64,000 nucleotides of DNA from an uncultured virus (IMG/VR IMGVR_UViG_3300020460_001007) (IMGVR_UViG_3300020460_001007); one strand, 5' to 3'; shown: positions 40,284 to 50,645, counted from the stretch's first letter. Program-made: numbers and translations. The notes: generated by a model from the sequence alone, not told the origin.

Positions 40284-40447
40284 AGAAATCAGAACTTGAA
40301 CGATTACAAGAAAAATACAAAGAACTCAAAGCAACTATAATAACAACGGGGTTTTGGAAATTAACAAACTCCAACAGGGAACGAATTAGAAAGTTAAAAA
40401 ATCTAGAAAAGGAAATAGAAAAATGGAAATCTCAACGGCAAAACTAA
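40280..40447 (+). CDS. Small basic coiled-coil hypothetical protein (55 aa)
   Basis: Not in the ORF track; GTG overlaps the previous TGA; MKKSELERLQEKYKELK... Confidence 0.45.
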   Translation: MKKSELERLQEKYKELKATIITTGFWKLTNSNRERIRKLKNLEKEIEKWKSQRQN

Positions 40448-40647
40448 TAACATTGATACTCGGAATTGTAGGACTCATAGCACTTCCACTCGGTGGAATT
40501 TGGGCACTCAACACACTAACCCCACTGAATCTTGAGTACACTTTATTAAATTGGTCAGCAGTATTATTTACCCAAGTATACCTACAGATAATAATGAAAG
40601 CTGCCTTTTCGAGCAACAAATCTTCGTCTGATAAATCATCAAAGTAA
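40423..40647 (+). CDS. Small membrane protein
   Basis: LILGIVGLIALPLGGIWALNTL..YTLLNWSAVL. Confidence 0.7.
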   Translation: MEISTAKLITLILGIVGLIALPLGGIWALNTLTPLNLEYTLLNWSAVLFTQVYLQIIMKAAFSSNKSSSDKSSK

Positions 40648-40691
40648 TTTTAACTTTACGTAAGTAAAATATATCTATATATTTATATAAC

Positions 40692-41018
40692 ATGAAATAC
40701 AATAATACATCAAAGTTTACATTTGACTATACTTGGAGAGACGAAGACGATAATGTGGTGTCACGTACAAGACATACAACCGCAGACGAAACTTTAAGTG
40801 ATGTTCTCAATGCGTTTGAAATGTTCCTGCGTGGTTCTGGATTCGTATTTGACGGAACACTTGACATTGTAAACGAAAATACAAATGAACCTGTTCACAT
40901 GGATCAACAACTTGAATTAAATTTATTTGAGAATCAACAACTCGAATTTGATTTTGTAAAAGAGTTGTTTAAAGATCAAACCGAAGACCTCGATAAGTCA
41001 GAAGATCTAGATAAGTGA
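40692..41018 (+). CDS. Small phage protein with tandem QLELNLF/QLEFDF motifs
   Basis: TLSDVLNAFEMFLRGSGF core and an acidic tail. Confidence 0.7.
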   Translation: MKYNNTSKFTFDYTWRDEDDNVVSRTRHTTADETLSDVLNAFEMFLRGSGFVFDGTLDIVNENTNEPVHMDQQLELNLFENQQLEFDFVKELFKDQTEDLDKSEDLDK

Positions 41019-41350
41019 GTGGGAAACCCAATCTGTCATTTTATGACGGACTAACAAACTTGACTAACCATACTCAAGTGGTCCATTGTAAACGATCAGA
41101 TTATGATATATACATAGGAAGACCATCTAAGTGGGGAAATCCATTTTCACACAGAGATGGCACATCTGCTGAATTTAAAGTTGGAAGCAGGTCAGAAGCA
41201 ATTCAAAAGTATGAAGACTGGATTCTAACTCAACCACATTTAATGGCAGACTTGATAGAATTGCGTGGTAAAATTTTAGGATGCTGGTGTGTTCCAAGGC
41301 AATGTCACGGAAATGTTCTTGCCAAACTGGTAGAAAAATACGTAGATTGA
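41015..41350 (+). CDS. DUF4326 domain protein
   Basis: YIGRPSKWGNPF..ELRGKILGCWC.P..CHG.VL. Confidence 0.9.
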   Translation: MSGKPNLSFYDGLTNLTNHTQVVHCKRSDYDIYIGRPSKWGNPFSHRDGTSAEFKVGSRSEAIQKYEDWILTQPHLMADLIELRGKILGCWCVPRQCHGNVLAKLVEKYVD

Positions 41351-41823
41351 AAATAATATCAGCAGTTAGGCACTCCGGTAAAACCTATCATAGCAAGAAA
41401 TTGGGATTCGTTGATTGTGACGAAGTTATTGGCAAAGAACTGGGTTGGCCTCGACACTTTGACAAAAAAGAGTTTTCGGATAAAGTTTATTCATGCCCTC
41501 ATGTAGACGAACATGATGTTGCAGTTCAATTTTCAAAAGATTCTTGGCAGGTGTTAAAAACTTGGTCAGAAACTAGCAAAGAAATTTTAAGTATACCAGA
41601 AGTGTGGAGTGCAAGAAGTTTTTGGGAATGGGATGTTAAACCAGATGTCCTCGTTACTATTGACGAAGAACGACATAAGCAAAATTTGTTGGAAATAAAT
41701 CAAGGACATATGTGGGGAACAATTAAGTTTTGGAGACATATGCTTGAACATGAAGCAAAAGAAAATAATATTTTTGTTGTACAAACATTCGAAGATGCAG
41801 TATTATATTTGAATGAAAATTAA
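41347..41823 (+). CDS. P-loop kinase-like protein
   Basis: IISAVRHSGKT..VDCD; TTG start overlaps the previous stop. Confidence 0.5.
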   Translation: MKIISAVRHSGKTYHSKKLGFVDCDEVIGKELGWPRHFDKKEFSDKVYSCPHVDEHDVAVQFSKDSWQVLKTWSETSKEILSIPEVWSARSFWEWDVKPDVLVTIDEERHKQNLLEINQGHMWGTIKFWRHMLEHEAKENNIFVVQTFEDAVLYLNEN

Positions 41824-42340
41824 AGTAAAAAATACTGACATTGTTTTACCAAGAAATTTAACGCAATACGACGTCGGTTACGATATCGTGGCAACCTCAC
41901 ACCCTGCAATTCAGGGTGAATATGACGAGGAAATGAAGGCATGGTCAAGAATTGACTATATACAATACCACACGGACTTATACATTGAACCATGTGGGGA
42001 CGGAAAAATCTATCATACAAACATTTTCCCAAGAAGCAGTATTAGCAAATATAATCTAGTTCTTGCAAACTCTATCGGATTAATTGATGCCGGATACAGA
42101 GGAGAGTTGTTGGTTCGGTTCAAGTATGTTTATCAACCAGAGGACATATTTGCAATGATTCGTGGACATCAAAGTACGGTACCAGTATATACCAATGTTA
42201 ATATGGATAGAATTTATTCCAAGGGAGACAGAATTGCACAACTGGTAATTGCAGAAACCCACCCAGTTGAATTTGAGTTAGTAGATGATCTGTCCACAAC
42301 TGATAGAGGTTCTGGTGGATTTGGTAGCACGGGTGCTTGA
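41813..42340 (+). CDS. dut: Trimeric dUTPase
   Basis: GYDI, PRSS, GLIDAGYRGE, GDRIAQL, RGSGGFGSTG. Confidence 0.93.
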   Translation: MKIKVKNTDIVLPRNLTQYDVGYDIVATSHPAIQGEYDEEMKAWSRIDYIQYHTDLYIEPCGDGKIYHTNIFPRSSISKYNLVLANSIGLIDAGYRGELLVRFKYVYQPEDIFAMIRGHQSTVPVYTNVNMDRIYSKGDRIAQLVIAETHPVEFELVDDLSTTDRGSGGFGSTGA

Positions 42341-42365
42341 CTTTTTATACAATTTCCAATAGTAT
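42337..42365 (+). promoter_or_regulatory. Probable sigma70-type promoter for the polymerase operon
   Basis: TTGACT-17 nt-TAGTAT, 8 nt before ATG 42374. Confidence 0.5.
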
Positions 42366-42373
42366 AGTATTCA

Positions 42374-44881
42374 ATGTATCAAAATATATTTGTAAACAAA
42401 AAAGACCACATGGTTTATCTGTGGGATGACAAGCAAGGTCTAGTCACCTATAAAAATAAACCGTACGCATATAAACGTTCACCACATGGAACATACAGAA
42501 GTATGTATGGGGATAAACTTGAGAAGGTGACAAAGTATAGATATGATGATACGAGTTTGTATGAGTCGGATGTTCCTGTTGAGACTCGCAATTTAATTGA
42601 TTTGTACGAAGATGAGGACGAACCAAGTACTGGTCATTGCGTTATGAATTTTGACATTGAGGTAAGTATGGAGGGTGAATTACCCGACACAGAAACTGCA
42701 AACAATCCGATTACATCCATAGCATGGCACGATAGTTGTTCCAATAATTATGTGGTGTTGATTCTGGATGAGGAGCAGAAGATTAGTGATTACGCAAACG
42801 ATGAGGTGTCTGTATATTCATTTGATAATGAACGAAATCTCCTTGATAGGTTTCTTGATTTCTATCAGGAAATTAGTCCGACAATTTTAACTGGATGGAA
42901 CATTGATTACTTTGATGTTCCGTACTTATACCGAAGACTTGCAAGGATTCTCGGACAGGAAGAAGCTTCAAGGTTGAGTCCAATTGGTCAGGCATACTAT
43001 CATCAATTTAAAAAACGAATCATAATAGCAGGTGTCAGTTGTCTTGATTATCTTGGATTGTATAAGAAATTTACATTCTCAACCGAACCATCCTATCGTC
43101 TGGATGCCATTGGTCAAAAAGAAGTCAACTTAGGTAAGATTGAATATCAAGGTACACTTGACGATTTGTTCCGTGATGATATTGAGAAGTTTATAGAATA
43201 CAATTTAAACGACGTCAAGATAGTGGTTGAGATTGATAAGAAGATGGAATTAATAGAATTGACTCGTTCCATCTGCCACATCGGTCATGTTCCATACGAA
43301 GATATTACATTCTCTTCACGATATCTTGAGGGTGCGTTGCTTACCTACCTGAGACGAAATAATTTAGTTGCCACAAACAAAGACCAAGGTGGTCGTGACA
43401 AACTTGATCAAATGAATCGTGATGGGGCAAAGGGATTTAGTGGTGCATATGTAAAATCACCGATACCTGGTAAATATAAATGGATATTTGACTTAGACCT
43501 AACATCACTATATCCATCTATCATCATTAGTCTAAATATATCTCCAGAAACCAAGGTAGGTGTAGTACCAAATTGGAATCCTGAAAAGTTTTATGAAGGT
43601 AAATTACCTACGATACACTTTAACAACACATTATATAAAAAAGAAGATTTCATTAAATTTTTGGAAAAGAACAACTATGCAATTAGTAGTAACGGAGTAC
43701 TGTATCGCAAGGGAAAACTAGGAGTTGTTCCTGCAATTCTGGACCAATGGTTCAATCAACGTGTCGAGTTTAAGAACAAGATGAAGGAGTATGGAAATGC
43801 AGGTGACGATGCAAAGTATGTGTTCTATAAACGACGTCAACACGTGCAGAAGATTCTTCTTAATTCGTTGTATGGTGTTCTCGGGTTGCCCATCTTTCGG
43901 TTTTATGATGTGGACAACGCAGAAGCAGTAACCACCACTGGTGTATCTATCATTAAGTTTTCAAGTCGGATGGGAAACCAATACTATAATAACATATTGG
44001 GTGACAAGGATGACCATTGTATATACATTGACACGGACTCCGTATTCTACTCAGCACTGCCTATTGTGAAAAAAACTATGCCGGAAGTTGATATAACCAA
44101 TGACGAAGAAATGTCAAACGGAATCTTAAAAGTTGCCGATGATGTGCAAAGATTTCTAAACAAAAGTTACGATGTCATGGCAAAAAAGTTTTACAATATT
44201 GAAGAACATCGGTTTGACATTAAACAAGAAGTCATTGCAAAACGGGGTGTTTGGTTGGCAAAGAAACGATATGCACAATGGATTATCAACAATAATGGAG
44301 TTGCGTGTGATGAACTTGAAGTTAAGGGTCTTGATGTGGTGCGAAGTAGTTTCCCCACCAGATTTCGTGCGTTCATGACGGAAATCTTAAAAGATATTTT
44401 ACAAGACGAAGAAAAAGAAATCATCGATGAGAAAATCTTAACATTGAAGAAAAAGATAAAAAATGAATCCGCAGATGACATTGCAAAAACAAGTGCAGTA
44501 AAAAACATAGTAAAATATAGTAAAAGAATTGAAAAGGGATCGGTCCTTGGAGAAGTTGCAAAAGGCACACCTGCCCATGTTAAAGCAAGCATTATGCACA
44601 ATCAATTTTGTAAAAAGTTTAAACTAAAAGTTGAACCGATAAAAAATGGTGAAAAAATCAAGTGGATTTATTTAAAGAACAACGAGTTGGGCATGGATGC
44701 TCTTGCCTTCCGAGGATACGATGACCCACCCCAACTTCTTGATTTTATAAATAAATACGCAGACAAGGACAAGTTGTTTGAACGAGAACTTGAAGGTAAA
44801 TTGCGTGACTTCTACGATGCTCTTAGTTGGGATTTCGCAAGTGAGAATCTTGCAACTGCACAAAAGTTCTTTTCATTTTAA
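42374..44881 (+). CDS. Family B DNA polymerase (T4 gp43-like)
   Basis: Exo motifs FDIE, GWNIDYFD, YNLND; pol motifs DLTSLYPS, KILLNSLYG, YIDTDS, KKRY, KGL. Confidence 0.97.
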   Translation: MYQNIFVNKKDHMVYLWDDKQGLVTYKNKPYAYKRSPHGTYRSMYGDKLEKVTKYRYDDTSLYESDVPVETRNLIDLYEDEDEPSTGHCVMNFDIEVSMEGELPDTETANNPITSIAWHDSCSNNYVVLILDEEQKISDYANDEVSVYSFDNERNLLDRFLDFYQEISPTILTGWNIDYFDVPYLYRRLARILGQEEASRLSPIGQAYYHQFKKRIIIAGVSCLDYLGLYKKFTFSTEPSYRLDAIGQKEVNLGKIEYQGTLDDLFRDDIEKFIEYNLNDVKIVVEIDKKMELIELTRSICHIGHVPYEDITFSSRYLEGALLTYLRRNNLVATNKDQGGRDKLDQMNRDGAKGFSGAYVKSPIPGKYKWIFDLDLTSLYPSIIISLNISPETKVGVVPNWNPEKFYEGKLPTIHFNNTLYKKEDFIKFLEKNNYAISSNGVLYRKGKLGVVPAILDQWFNQRVEFKNKMKEYGNAGDDAKYVFYKRRQHVQKILLNSLYGVLGLPIFRFYDVDNAEAVTTTGVSIIKFSSRMGNQYYNNILGDKDDHCIYIDTDSVFYSALPIVKKTMPEVDITNDEEMSNGILKVADDVQRFLNKSYDVMAKKFYNIEEHRFDIKQEVIAKRGVWLAKKRYAQWIINNNGVACDELEVKGLDVVRSSFPTRFRAFMTEILKDILQDEEKEIIDEKILTLKKKIKNESADDIAKTSAVKNIVKYSKRIEKGSVLGEVAKGTPAHVKASIMHNQFCKKFKLKVEPIKNGEKIKWIYLKNNELGMDALAFRGYDDPPQLLDFINKYADKDKLFERELEGKLRDFYDALSWDFASENLATAQKFFSF

Positions 44882-45780
44882 TGAAAACTTACAAACAAGT
44901 ATTGCCCATTAGAAACGATTGCCGAATTGATGAACAATTCGGTTGGTTGCCTATGAGTATTCTTGAACCATCTAAAGAATCAAAGGCATCGTGGAAAGAA
45001 GCATATCTTGATGACGGAGAAAACGAAAGCAGACGAAGTGACGATGCGGAATATCTTCCTGGATTAAAATTCAGTGAGTTCCATGCAGGATTAGCAGAGC
45101 AGATTCTTCGTTATTGGAGCATGAAGGGAAGTGTGGTCGTAGACCCATTCGCAGGTCGTGCTACCCGTGCAGTAGTTGCGTCCAGAATGGAAAGGCAATA
45201 CGAAGGTTACGAAATTTCTCCAACGACATATAAACGAGTTACAGAGCATTTTAAAAAGTTAGGCGTATCGCCTAAACTTTATAATAACGATGGATTGTTT
45301 CTTACTTTCACCGATGATGAAGTTGCCGACTTGGTATTCACTTGCCCTCCTTATCACGACATTGAGAAGTATGAAAGTGTAACCAACCAACTTAGTGATT
45401 GCGAAACCTACGAAAAGTTTTTGAAGCAAATCGGTTATTGTGGATACCACATTAATCGTGTGCTGAAACCCGGAGCATTCTGTGTTTGGGTTGTTGGTGA
45501 TTGGAGATGTCCCAAGGGTAGTGGATTTCGTTCGTTTCATTCCGACTTGATTTCTTTGTTTACTAAAGAGAAGTTGATTCACCACGACACAATCATAATG
45601 AAGAACATCAGTCCGTTTGCTCCGTTGCAAGCAGGTAAGGTAGCAAGCAAACGATACACAAGCAAGATACACGAATACATTATGGTGTTCCGCAAAGAAG
45701 GAGAGTATGAAGTTCCAGACTATTGCTCACTTGATGACTTGCGTGTACAATCAAATAAATTTTTTGACTTTAATGAATAA
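44881..45780 (+). CDS. Amino DNA methyltransferase (motif I before motif IV)
   Basis: VDPFAGRAT, FTCPPY, RVLKPG, HEYIMVFRK; TAATG overlap with the polymerase. Confidence 0.88.
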   Translation: MKTYKQVLPIRNDCRIDEQFGWLPMSILEPSKESKASWKEAYLDDGENESRRSDDAEYLPGLKFSEFHAGLAEQILRYWSMKGSVVVDPFAGRATRAVVASRMERQYEGYEISPTTYKRVTEHFKKLGVSPKLYNNDGLFLTFTDDEVADLVFTCPPYHDIEKYESVTNQLSDCETYEKFLKQIGYCGYHINRVLKPGAFCVWVVGDWRCPKGSGFRSFHSDLISLFTKEKLIHHDTIIMKNISPFAPLQAGKVASKRYTSKIHEYIMVFRKEGEYEVPDYCSLDDLRVQSNKFFDFNE

Positions 45781-47095
45781 GATAATAAATGGAGATAGTT
45801 TGAAAGTCCTCAAAAAACTTGAGGACGATTCCGTTGATATGATATGCACCGATCCTCCATACGGATATTCCTTTATGGGAAAAGATTGGGACAAGGCAGT
45901 TCCATCCGTCAAGTTATGGAAGGAGTGCGTTAGAGTTCTCAAACCAGGAGGATTCTGCTTCGTTATGTCAGCACCAAGAGCAGACGTTCAAGGTGAGATG
46001 ATTAAACGATTGGGAGAGTCGGGTTTCAGAACCGACTTCACTCCAATCTATTGGACGTACGCAAGTGGATTTCCGAAGGCCGCCAACATCGGCAAGATGG
46101 TTGACAAGAAGTTTGGTGCGGAACGCAAGGTCTTGGGAGCAAGGGTCTCGGCGGATGGTAGGTGCAGAACCAACGAACCAAGTGGTGGAAAATCTAGGGA
46201 TGGAATTCACGAAGGTGGAATCAAAGAACGAACGGAGATGGTTACCGAACCTGCAACTGACGAGGCAAAGGAACTTGACGGTTCGTTCGGTGGATACCAA
46301 CCCAAACCTGCGGTTGAGGTAATCCTCGTCTGCATGAAACCGATGACCGAAAAAACATTCGTTGACCAAGCATTGAATAATGGTAAAGGTGTAACGTGGT
46401 TGAACGACGTAAGGATTCCCACGGACGAAAGTTTGGATGGTGGAGCATACGCAAAGAATCCGACACCACGTGAAGGAAAGGATATGTGGACTTCCAATAG
46501 AAAGGGAGATACCAAGTGTTTTGAAAGAGGTGGTGCAGGTGATTATCAGCAACCAGAAGGAAGATTCCCAGCAAACCTTATCGTGCAAGACGATATGTTA
46601 AACGATGGTCTGACTCGTCCCAAGGGAAAGCACACCGATAGTGGAAGTGCATCTGGTGGAATTTGGAGTGAGAGTACGGGCAAACCTGCCGGAAGAACTT
46701 ACGGAGACGAAGGAAGTTATAGTCGGTTCTTTGATTTGGATAGATGGTGGGAGTCAAGAGTAACGGAACTACCCGAATCAGTACAAGCAACCTTTCCCTT
46801 TATGATTGTTCCAAAGGCAAGTAAGTCCGAAAAAAATGAAGCAACCAACAATAACCACCCCACCGTCAAACCAATTGAACTTATGTCTTACTTGGTAACT
46901 CTCGGAAGTCGGAAAGATGATTTGGTCGTTGACCCATTCGTGGGAAGTGGAACAACTTGCATCGCAGCGAAACTTCTCGGAAGAAATTACATGGGAGTTG
47001 AGAAGAACGAGGATTATGCAATGATTGCAACGGAGAGAGTCAAGTCCCACCAACCAAAAGAAAATCAAAAGGCATCGGAGTTTTTTACATTATGA
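45773..47095 (+). CDS. Beta-class amino DNA methyltransferase
   Basis: TDPPYG, HPTVKP, DPFVGSGTT; ATG 45773 lies inside the end of the previous gene. Confidence 0.92.
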   Translation: MNKIINGDSLKVLKKLEDDSVDMICTDPPYGYSFMGKDWDKAVPSVKLWKECVRVLKPGGFCFVMSAPRADVQGEMIKRLGESGFRTDFTPIYWTYASGFPKAANIGKMVDKKFGAERKVLGARVSADGRCRTNEPSGGKSRDGIHEGGIKERTEMVTEPATDEAKELDGSFGGYQPKPAVEVILVCMKPMTEKTFVDQALNNGKGVTWLNDVRIPTDESLDGGAYAKNPTPREGKDMWTSNRKGDTKCFERGGAGDYQQPEGRFPANLIVQDDMLNDGLTRPKGKHTDSGSASGGIWSESTGKPAGRTYGDEGSYSRFFDLDRWWESRVTELPESVQATFPFMIVPKASKSEKNEATNNNHPTVKPIELMSYLVTLGSRKDDLVVDPFVGSGTTCIAAKLLGRNYMGVEKNEDYAMIATERVKSHQPKENQKASEFFTL

Positions 47096-48531
47096 AGGGA
47101 ATAGTACACGGAGATAGTTTGAAAGTTCTCAAGAAACTTGAGGATGATTCAGTAGATATGATTTGCACAGACCCACCATACGGATATTCGTTTATGGCAA
47201 AGGATTGGGACAAGGCAGTTCCCTCGGTTAAGATTTGGAAGGAATGTCTCCGTGTACTTAAACCAGGAGGATTCTGTTTTGTTATGTCTGCTCCGAGAAT
47301 TGACGTACAAAGTCAGATGGCAATTAGACTTGAAGGTGCGGGGTTTGATGTTGGATTCACTCCAATATATTGGACTTATGCAACGGGGTTTCCCAAAGCA
47401 CTTAACGTAGGGAAGGCAGTTGACAAGAAATTTGGAAACAAGAGAAAGTCTACAGGAAAATATATACCACCCGATGGTAAACCAAGAAACCCAAGTAAAC
47501 ACAAACCTCACAAACAAGCAAAGGTTGCTGATCATTCGTATGGTCTTGAAACGGGAGGAATGGGAACACAAACTGATATAGGTGAGTCCGAATACGAAGG
47601 TTCTTATGCAGGTTACCAACCTAAACCGGCAGTTGAAGTTGTTCTTGTCTGCATGAAACCGATTGACGAAAAGACTTATGTTGAGCAAGCACTCAAGAAT
47701 GGAAAGGGTGTAACTTGGTTGGGTGATTGCAGAATACCGTATGAAGAAAATTGTCGTTTGGAGAAGGGTGGTTCTTATGTGGGCAACCGAACAGGAAGCA
47801 ATGCAAAGTCTTTCTACCAACAAGGGAACGAGAATATTGACTATGATGAACCTCTGCCCAAAGGTAGATTCGCTGCCAACCTAATTGTCCAAGATGACGT
47901 ATTGAATGACGGTAAAGTAACCAAGTCAACGGGTGGAGTAAACGAAGGTAAACTCGGAAACAGAGTTTACGGAAACTATGAGAACAAGACCATCGGTTCA
48001 AATGCAGGTGGATGTGGTGACGAAGGTTCATTCTCTCGTTATTACGATTTGGATGCATGGTGGGAATCTCGCATTAAGCAACTCCCCGAGTCTGTCCAAA
48101 AAACATTTCCCTTTATGATTGTCCCAAAGGCAAGCAAGTCCGAAAAGAACAAGGGACTTGACAAACTTCCCAAGAAGAAGTCATCGTCCATGCCAGGTAG
48201 GAGACTTGCAGAGGACATGAGCAATTCCAAGATTGACAACGACGTAACTGGAAGGTTCGTCACGGAGAAACAAAACTTTCATCCCACCGTCAAACCAATT
48301 GAACTAATGAGTTATCTGATAACCCTTGGAAGTCGTGAGGGTGACTTGGTTGTTGACCCATTCGTTGGGAGTGGAACGACTTGTGTTGCGGCGAAGATGC
48401 TTGATAGAAATTACGTGGGAATCGAAAAAGAAGAAGATTATGCATTGATTGCAAAGACAAGAGTAGAAGATGCAGAATCACCAAATCAACCTTCCGAGAA
48501 AAACAAGAGCAAAGACTTCTTTGCATTTTAA
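47092..48531 (+). CDS. Beta-class amino DNA methyltransferase, tandem paralogue
   Basis: TDPPYG, HPTVKP, DPFVGSGTT; ATGA overlap. Confidence 0.92.
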   Translation: MKGIVHGDSLKVLKKLEDDSVDMICTDPPYGYSFMAKDWDKAVPSVKIWKECLRVLKPGGFCFVMSAPRIDVQSQMAIRLEGAGFDVGFTPIYWTYATGFPKALNVGKAVDKKFGNKRKSTGKYIPPDGKPRNPSKHKPHKQAKVADHSYGLETGGMGTQTDIGESEYEGSYAGYQPKPAVEVVLVCMKPIDEKTYVEQALKNGKGVTWLGDCRIPYEENCRLEKGGSYVGNRTGSNAKSFYQQGNENIDYDEPLPKGRFAANLIVQDDVLNDGKVTKSTGGVNEGKLGNRVYGNYENKTIGSNAGGCGDEGSFSRYYDLDAWWESRIKQLPESVQKTFPFMIVPKASKSEKNKGLDKLPKKKSSSMPGRRLAEDMSNSKIDNDVTGRFVTEKQNFHPTVKPIELMSYLITLGSREGDLVVDPFVGSGTTCVAAKMLDRNYVGIEKEEDYALIAKTRVEDAESPNQPSEKNKSKDFFAF

Positions 48532-48568
48532 CTTGCATATATGTATATAAATATATAATATAATATAT

Positions 48569-49087
48569 ATGAAAAACAAAAAGGAAATTGAAAACATCAT
48601 TAACTTCTTGGAAGAAAATGAACAATATGGTGATAGTTGGGAATCGGAGATAGAGGTATTAAAGAATACGGCAGAAAGAGAAGTTGAAAACTATACCAAT
48701 GGGTATGGAAGAGGATTTGAAGTTGGATTCACCCACGGATGGAATATGGGAAAGGGTGGATTGCAATGGACAGACGTCATGGAAGAACAACCTCCAAAGG
48801 ATACACTCATAATGTATTTCTTTGAATGTACGGGAGTAAGTGCCGGTTACTATGAAGGTCGTGAGGACGAATATCCAGGTGAGAACAACCACGTCTTTAG
48901 TAGTAATGATGGATTTCTCACAGGAGACGTAACTCATTGGATGCATATGCCAGGAGAACCCAAACCTCATGTTGACTTGTCTGGTTCGGTTAGAGTTGAA
49001 CGTCATTACGATGATGGAACTTCCGAAACGGAAACCATCAAGATGCCTGACTATGACGATGGCACGATGGGAATGAAGGCAGACTAA
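48569..49087 (+). CDS. Hypothetical protein with a DUF551-like segment
   Basis: W..V.EEQP..VTHWMHMPGEP. Confidence 0.65.
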   Translation: MKNKKEIENIINFLEENEQYGDSWESEIEVLKNTAEREVENYTNGYGRGFEVGFTHGWNMGKGGLQWTDVMEEQPPKDTLIMYFFECTGVSAGYYEGREDEYPGENNHVFSSNDGFLTGDVTHWMHMPGEPKPHVDLSGSVRVERHYDDGTSETETIKMPDYDDGTMGMKAD

Positions 49088-49090
49088 TTT

Positions 49091-50209
49091 ATGGAACAAA
49101 GTTATGAAAAACTGGCAGACCTTCTCGTAAGGCATAGTGTGTCTTTACAGAAAGGTGAAAAGGTATTAATTGATAATACGGAAGTACCCGAGAATATGAC
49201 GATTGCACTTGTTCGTGCAGTTCGTGAATATGGTGGCATTCCGTTTGTGCAAACTTCACAAAGTCGTATTGGTCGTGAGATTATGCTTCATGCAACCAAA
49301 GAACAAATGGAAACCTTTATGAAGTTCAGTATGCCTAAGATTAAAGAAATGGACGCATACATTGCTATCGCAGGTTCACACAATATATACGAATCAAGTG
49401 ACGTAGATGCCGACATTAAAACGATGATGTCCAAAGTTACCAAACCTTATCTTGATTATCGTGTAAACGAAACCAAGTGGTGTATTCTAAGATGGCCTCA
49501 TCCTGCTATGGCACAACAAGCAAATATGAGTACCGAAGCATTTGAGAACTTTTACTTTGACGTATGTACGTTTGATTATGCCAAGTTTAATCCCGGGATG
49601 ACCAACCTACAAAAAAGAATGCAGAACGCAGATAAGGTTCATATCAAAGGTGATGATACCGATTTGCGTTTCTCCATCAAAGACATTAACGCAGTTGCGT
49701 GTGGTGGTACACATAATATCCCAGACGGAGAAGTGTTCAGTTGTCCTGTAAAGGATAGTGTTCAAGGACACATTCAGTTTAATGCTCCGACAATTTATCG
49801 TGGTTGTGACTTTGACGGAATTAGGTTGGAATTCAAAGATGGAAAGATTATTGATGCAACCGCAAATAGTGATGCAAGCACCGAAGCACTAAATGAAATT
49901 CTTGATAGTGATGACGGAGCAAGATACATTGGTGAGTTTGCTATTGGATTTAATCCTTATGTTGTCCACCCAATGCGTGACATTTTGTTTGATGAAAAGA
50001 TTGGTGGAAGTTTTCACTTTACACCAGGACAATGTTATGACGATGCAAGCAACGGAAACGATTCACAAGTTCATTGGGACATGGTGAAGATTCAACGACC
50101 AGATTATGGTGGAGGTGAGATTTGGTTTGACGATGAACTTATTCGCAAGGATGGTGAGTTTGTGGTGAGTGATTTGATACCACTAAATCCAGACCAATTA
50201 CTAAAATAG
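49091..50209 (+). CDS. M29 family (AmpS/AmpT-type) aminopeptidase
   Basis: [39 protein letters not shown]. Confidence 0.92.
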   Translation: MEQSYEKLADLLVRHSVSLQKGEKVLIDNTEVPENMTIALVRAVREYGGIPFVQTSQSRIGREIMLHATKEQMETFMKFSMPKIKEMDAYIAIAGSHNIYESSDVDADIKTMMSKVTKPYLDYRVNETKWCILRWPHPAMAQQANMSTEAFENFYFDVCTFDYAKFNPGMTNLQKRMQNADKVHIKGDDTDLRFSIKDINAVACGGTHNIPDGEVFSCPVKDSVQGHIQFNAPTIYRGCDFDGIRLEFKDGKIIDATANSDASTEALNEILDSDDGARYIGEFAIGFNPYVVHPMRDILFDEKIGGSFHFTPGQCYDDASNGNDSQVHWDMVKIQRPDYGGGEIWFDDELIRKDGEFVVSDLIPLNPDQLLK

Positions 50210-50264
50210 TCATTGATTTTTATATACATATATACTATAATATATACATATATAATAAATAGAT

Positions 50265-50645
50265 ATGTTTTACGAAGATATATTTGATATAGAGGATGAC
50301 TATAAAGATAGACACCGCAAGTATGCGTCTAAATTTAGCTCTATATTTGAACTAAAGCAAGAGAAAAAGTTTTATGCGCTATACTCCATGTTTACAGATT
50401 GTCATACCATTGTGATCAATCGTCATATGTACGAGTATGAACTATACGATATCAAAAGTATGAAACCTACCGATAGAATTTTGGAAACGTCATTTTTAGA
50501 TAATTTGCATTTCTTTGATATAGAAAGTTTCATGGAATCAAATATTAACAACCACTCTCTTGTGCTTAACAATACAAAAGGGGAACGTGTCGAGATGATA
50601 CCCGCACAACTAAGAAGTATGATTACAGATGGAGCAATCACCTGA
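50265..50645 (+). CDS. Hypothetical protein
   Basis: 126-aa ORF after an AT-rich spacer. Confidence 0.6.
   Translation: MFYEDIFDIEDDYKDRHRKYASKFSSIFELKQEKKFYALYSMFTDCHTIVINRHMYEYELYDIKSMKPTDRILETSFLDNLHFFDIESFMESNINNHSLVLNNTKGERVEMIPAQLRSMITDGAIT

Noticed and set aside
42374..44881. Intein or intron in the polymerase
   Set aside because: Motifs are normally spaced in a continuous 835-aa frame.
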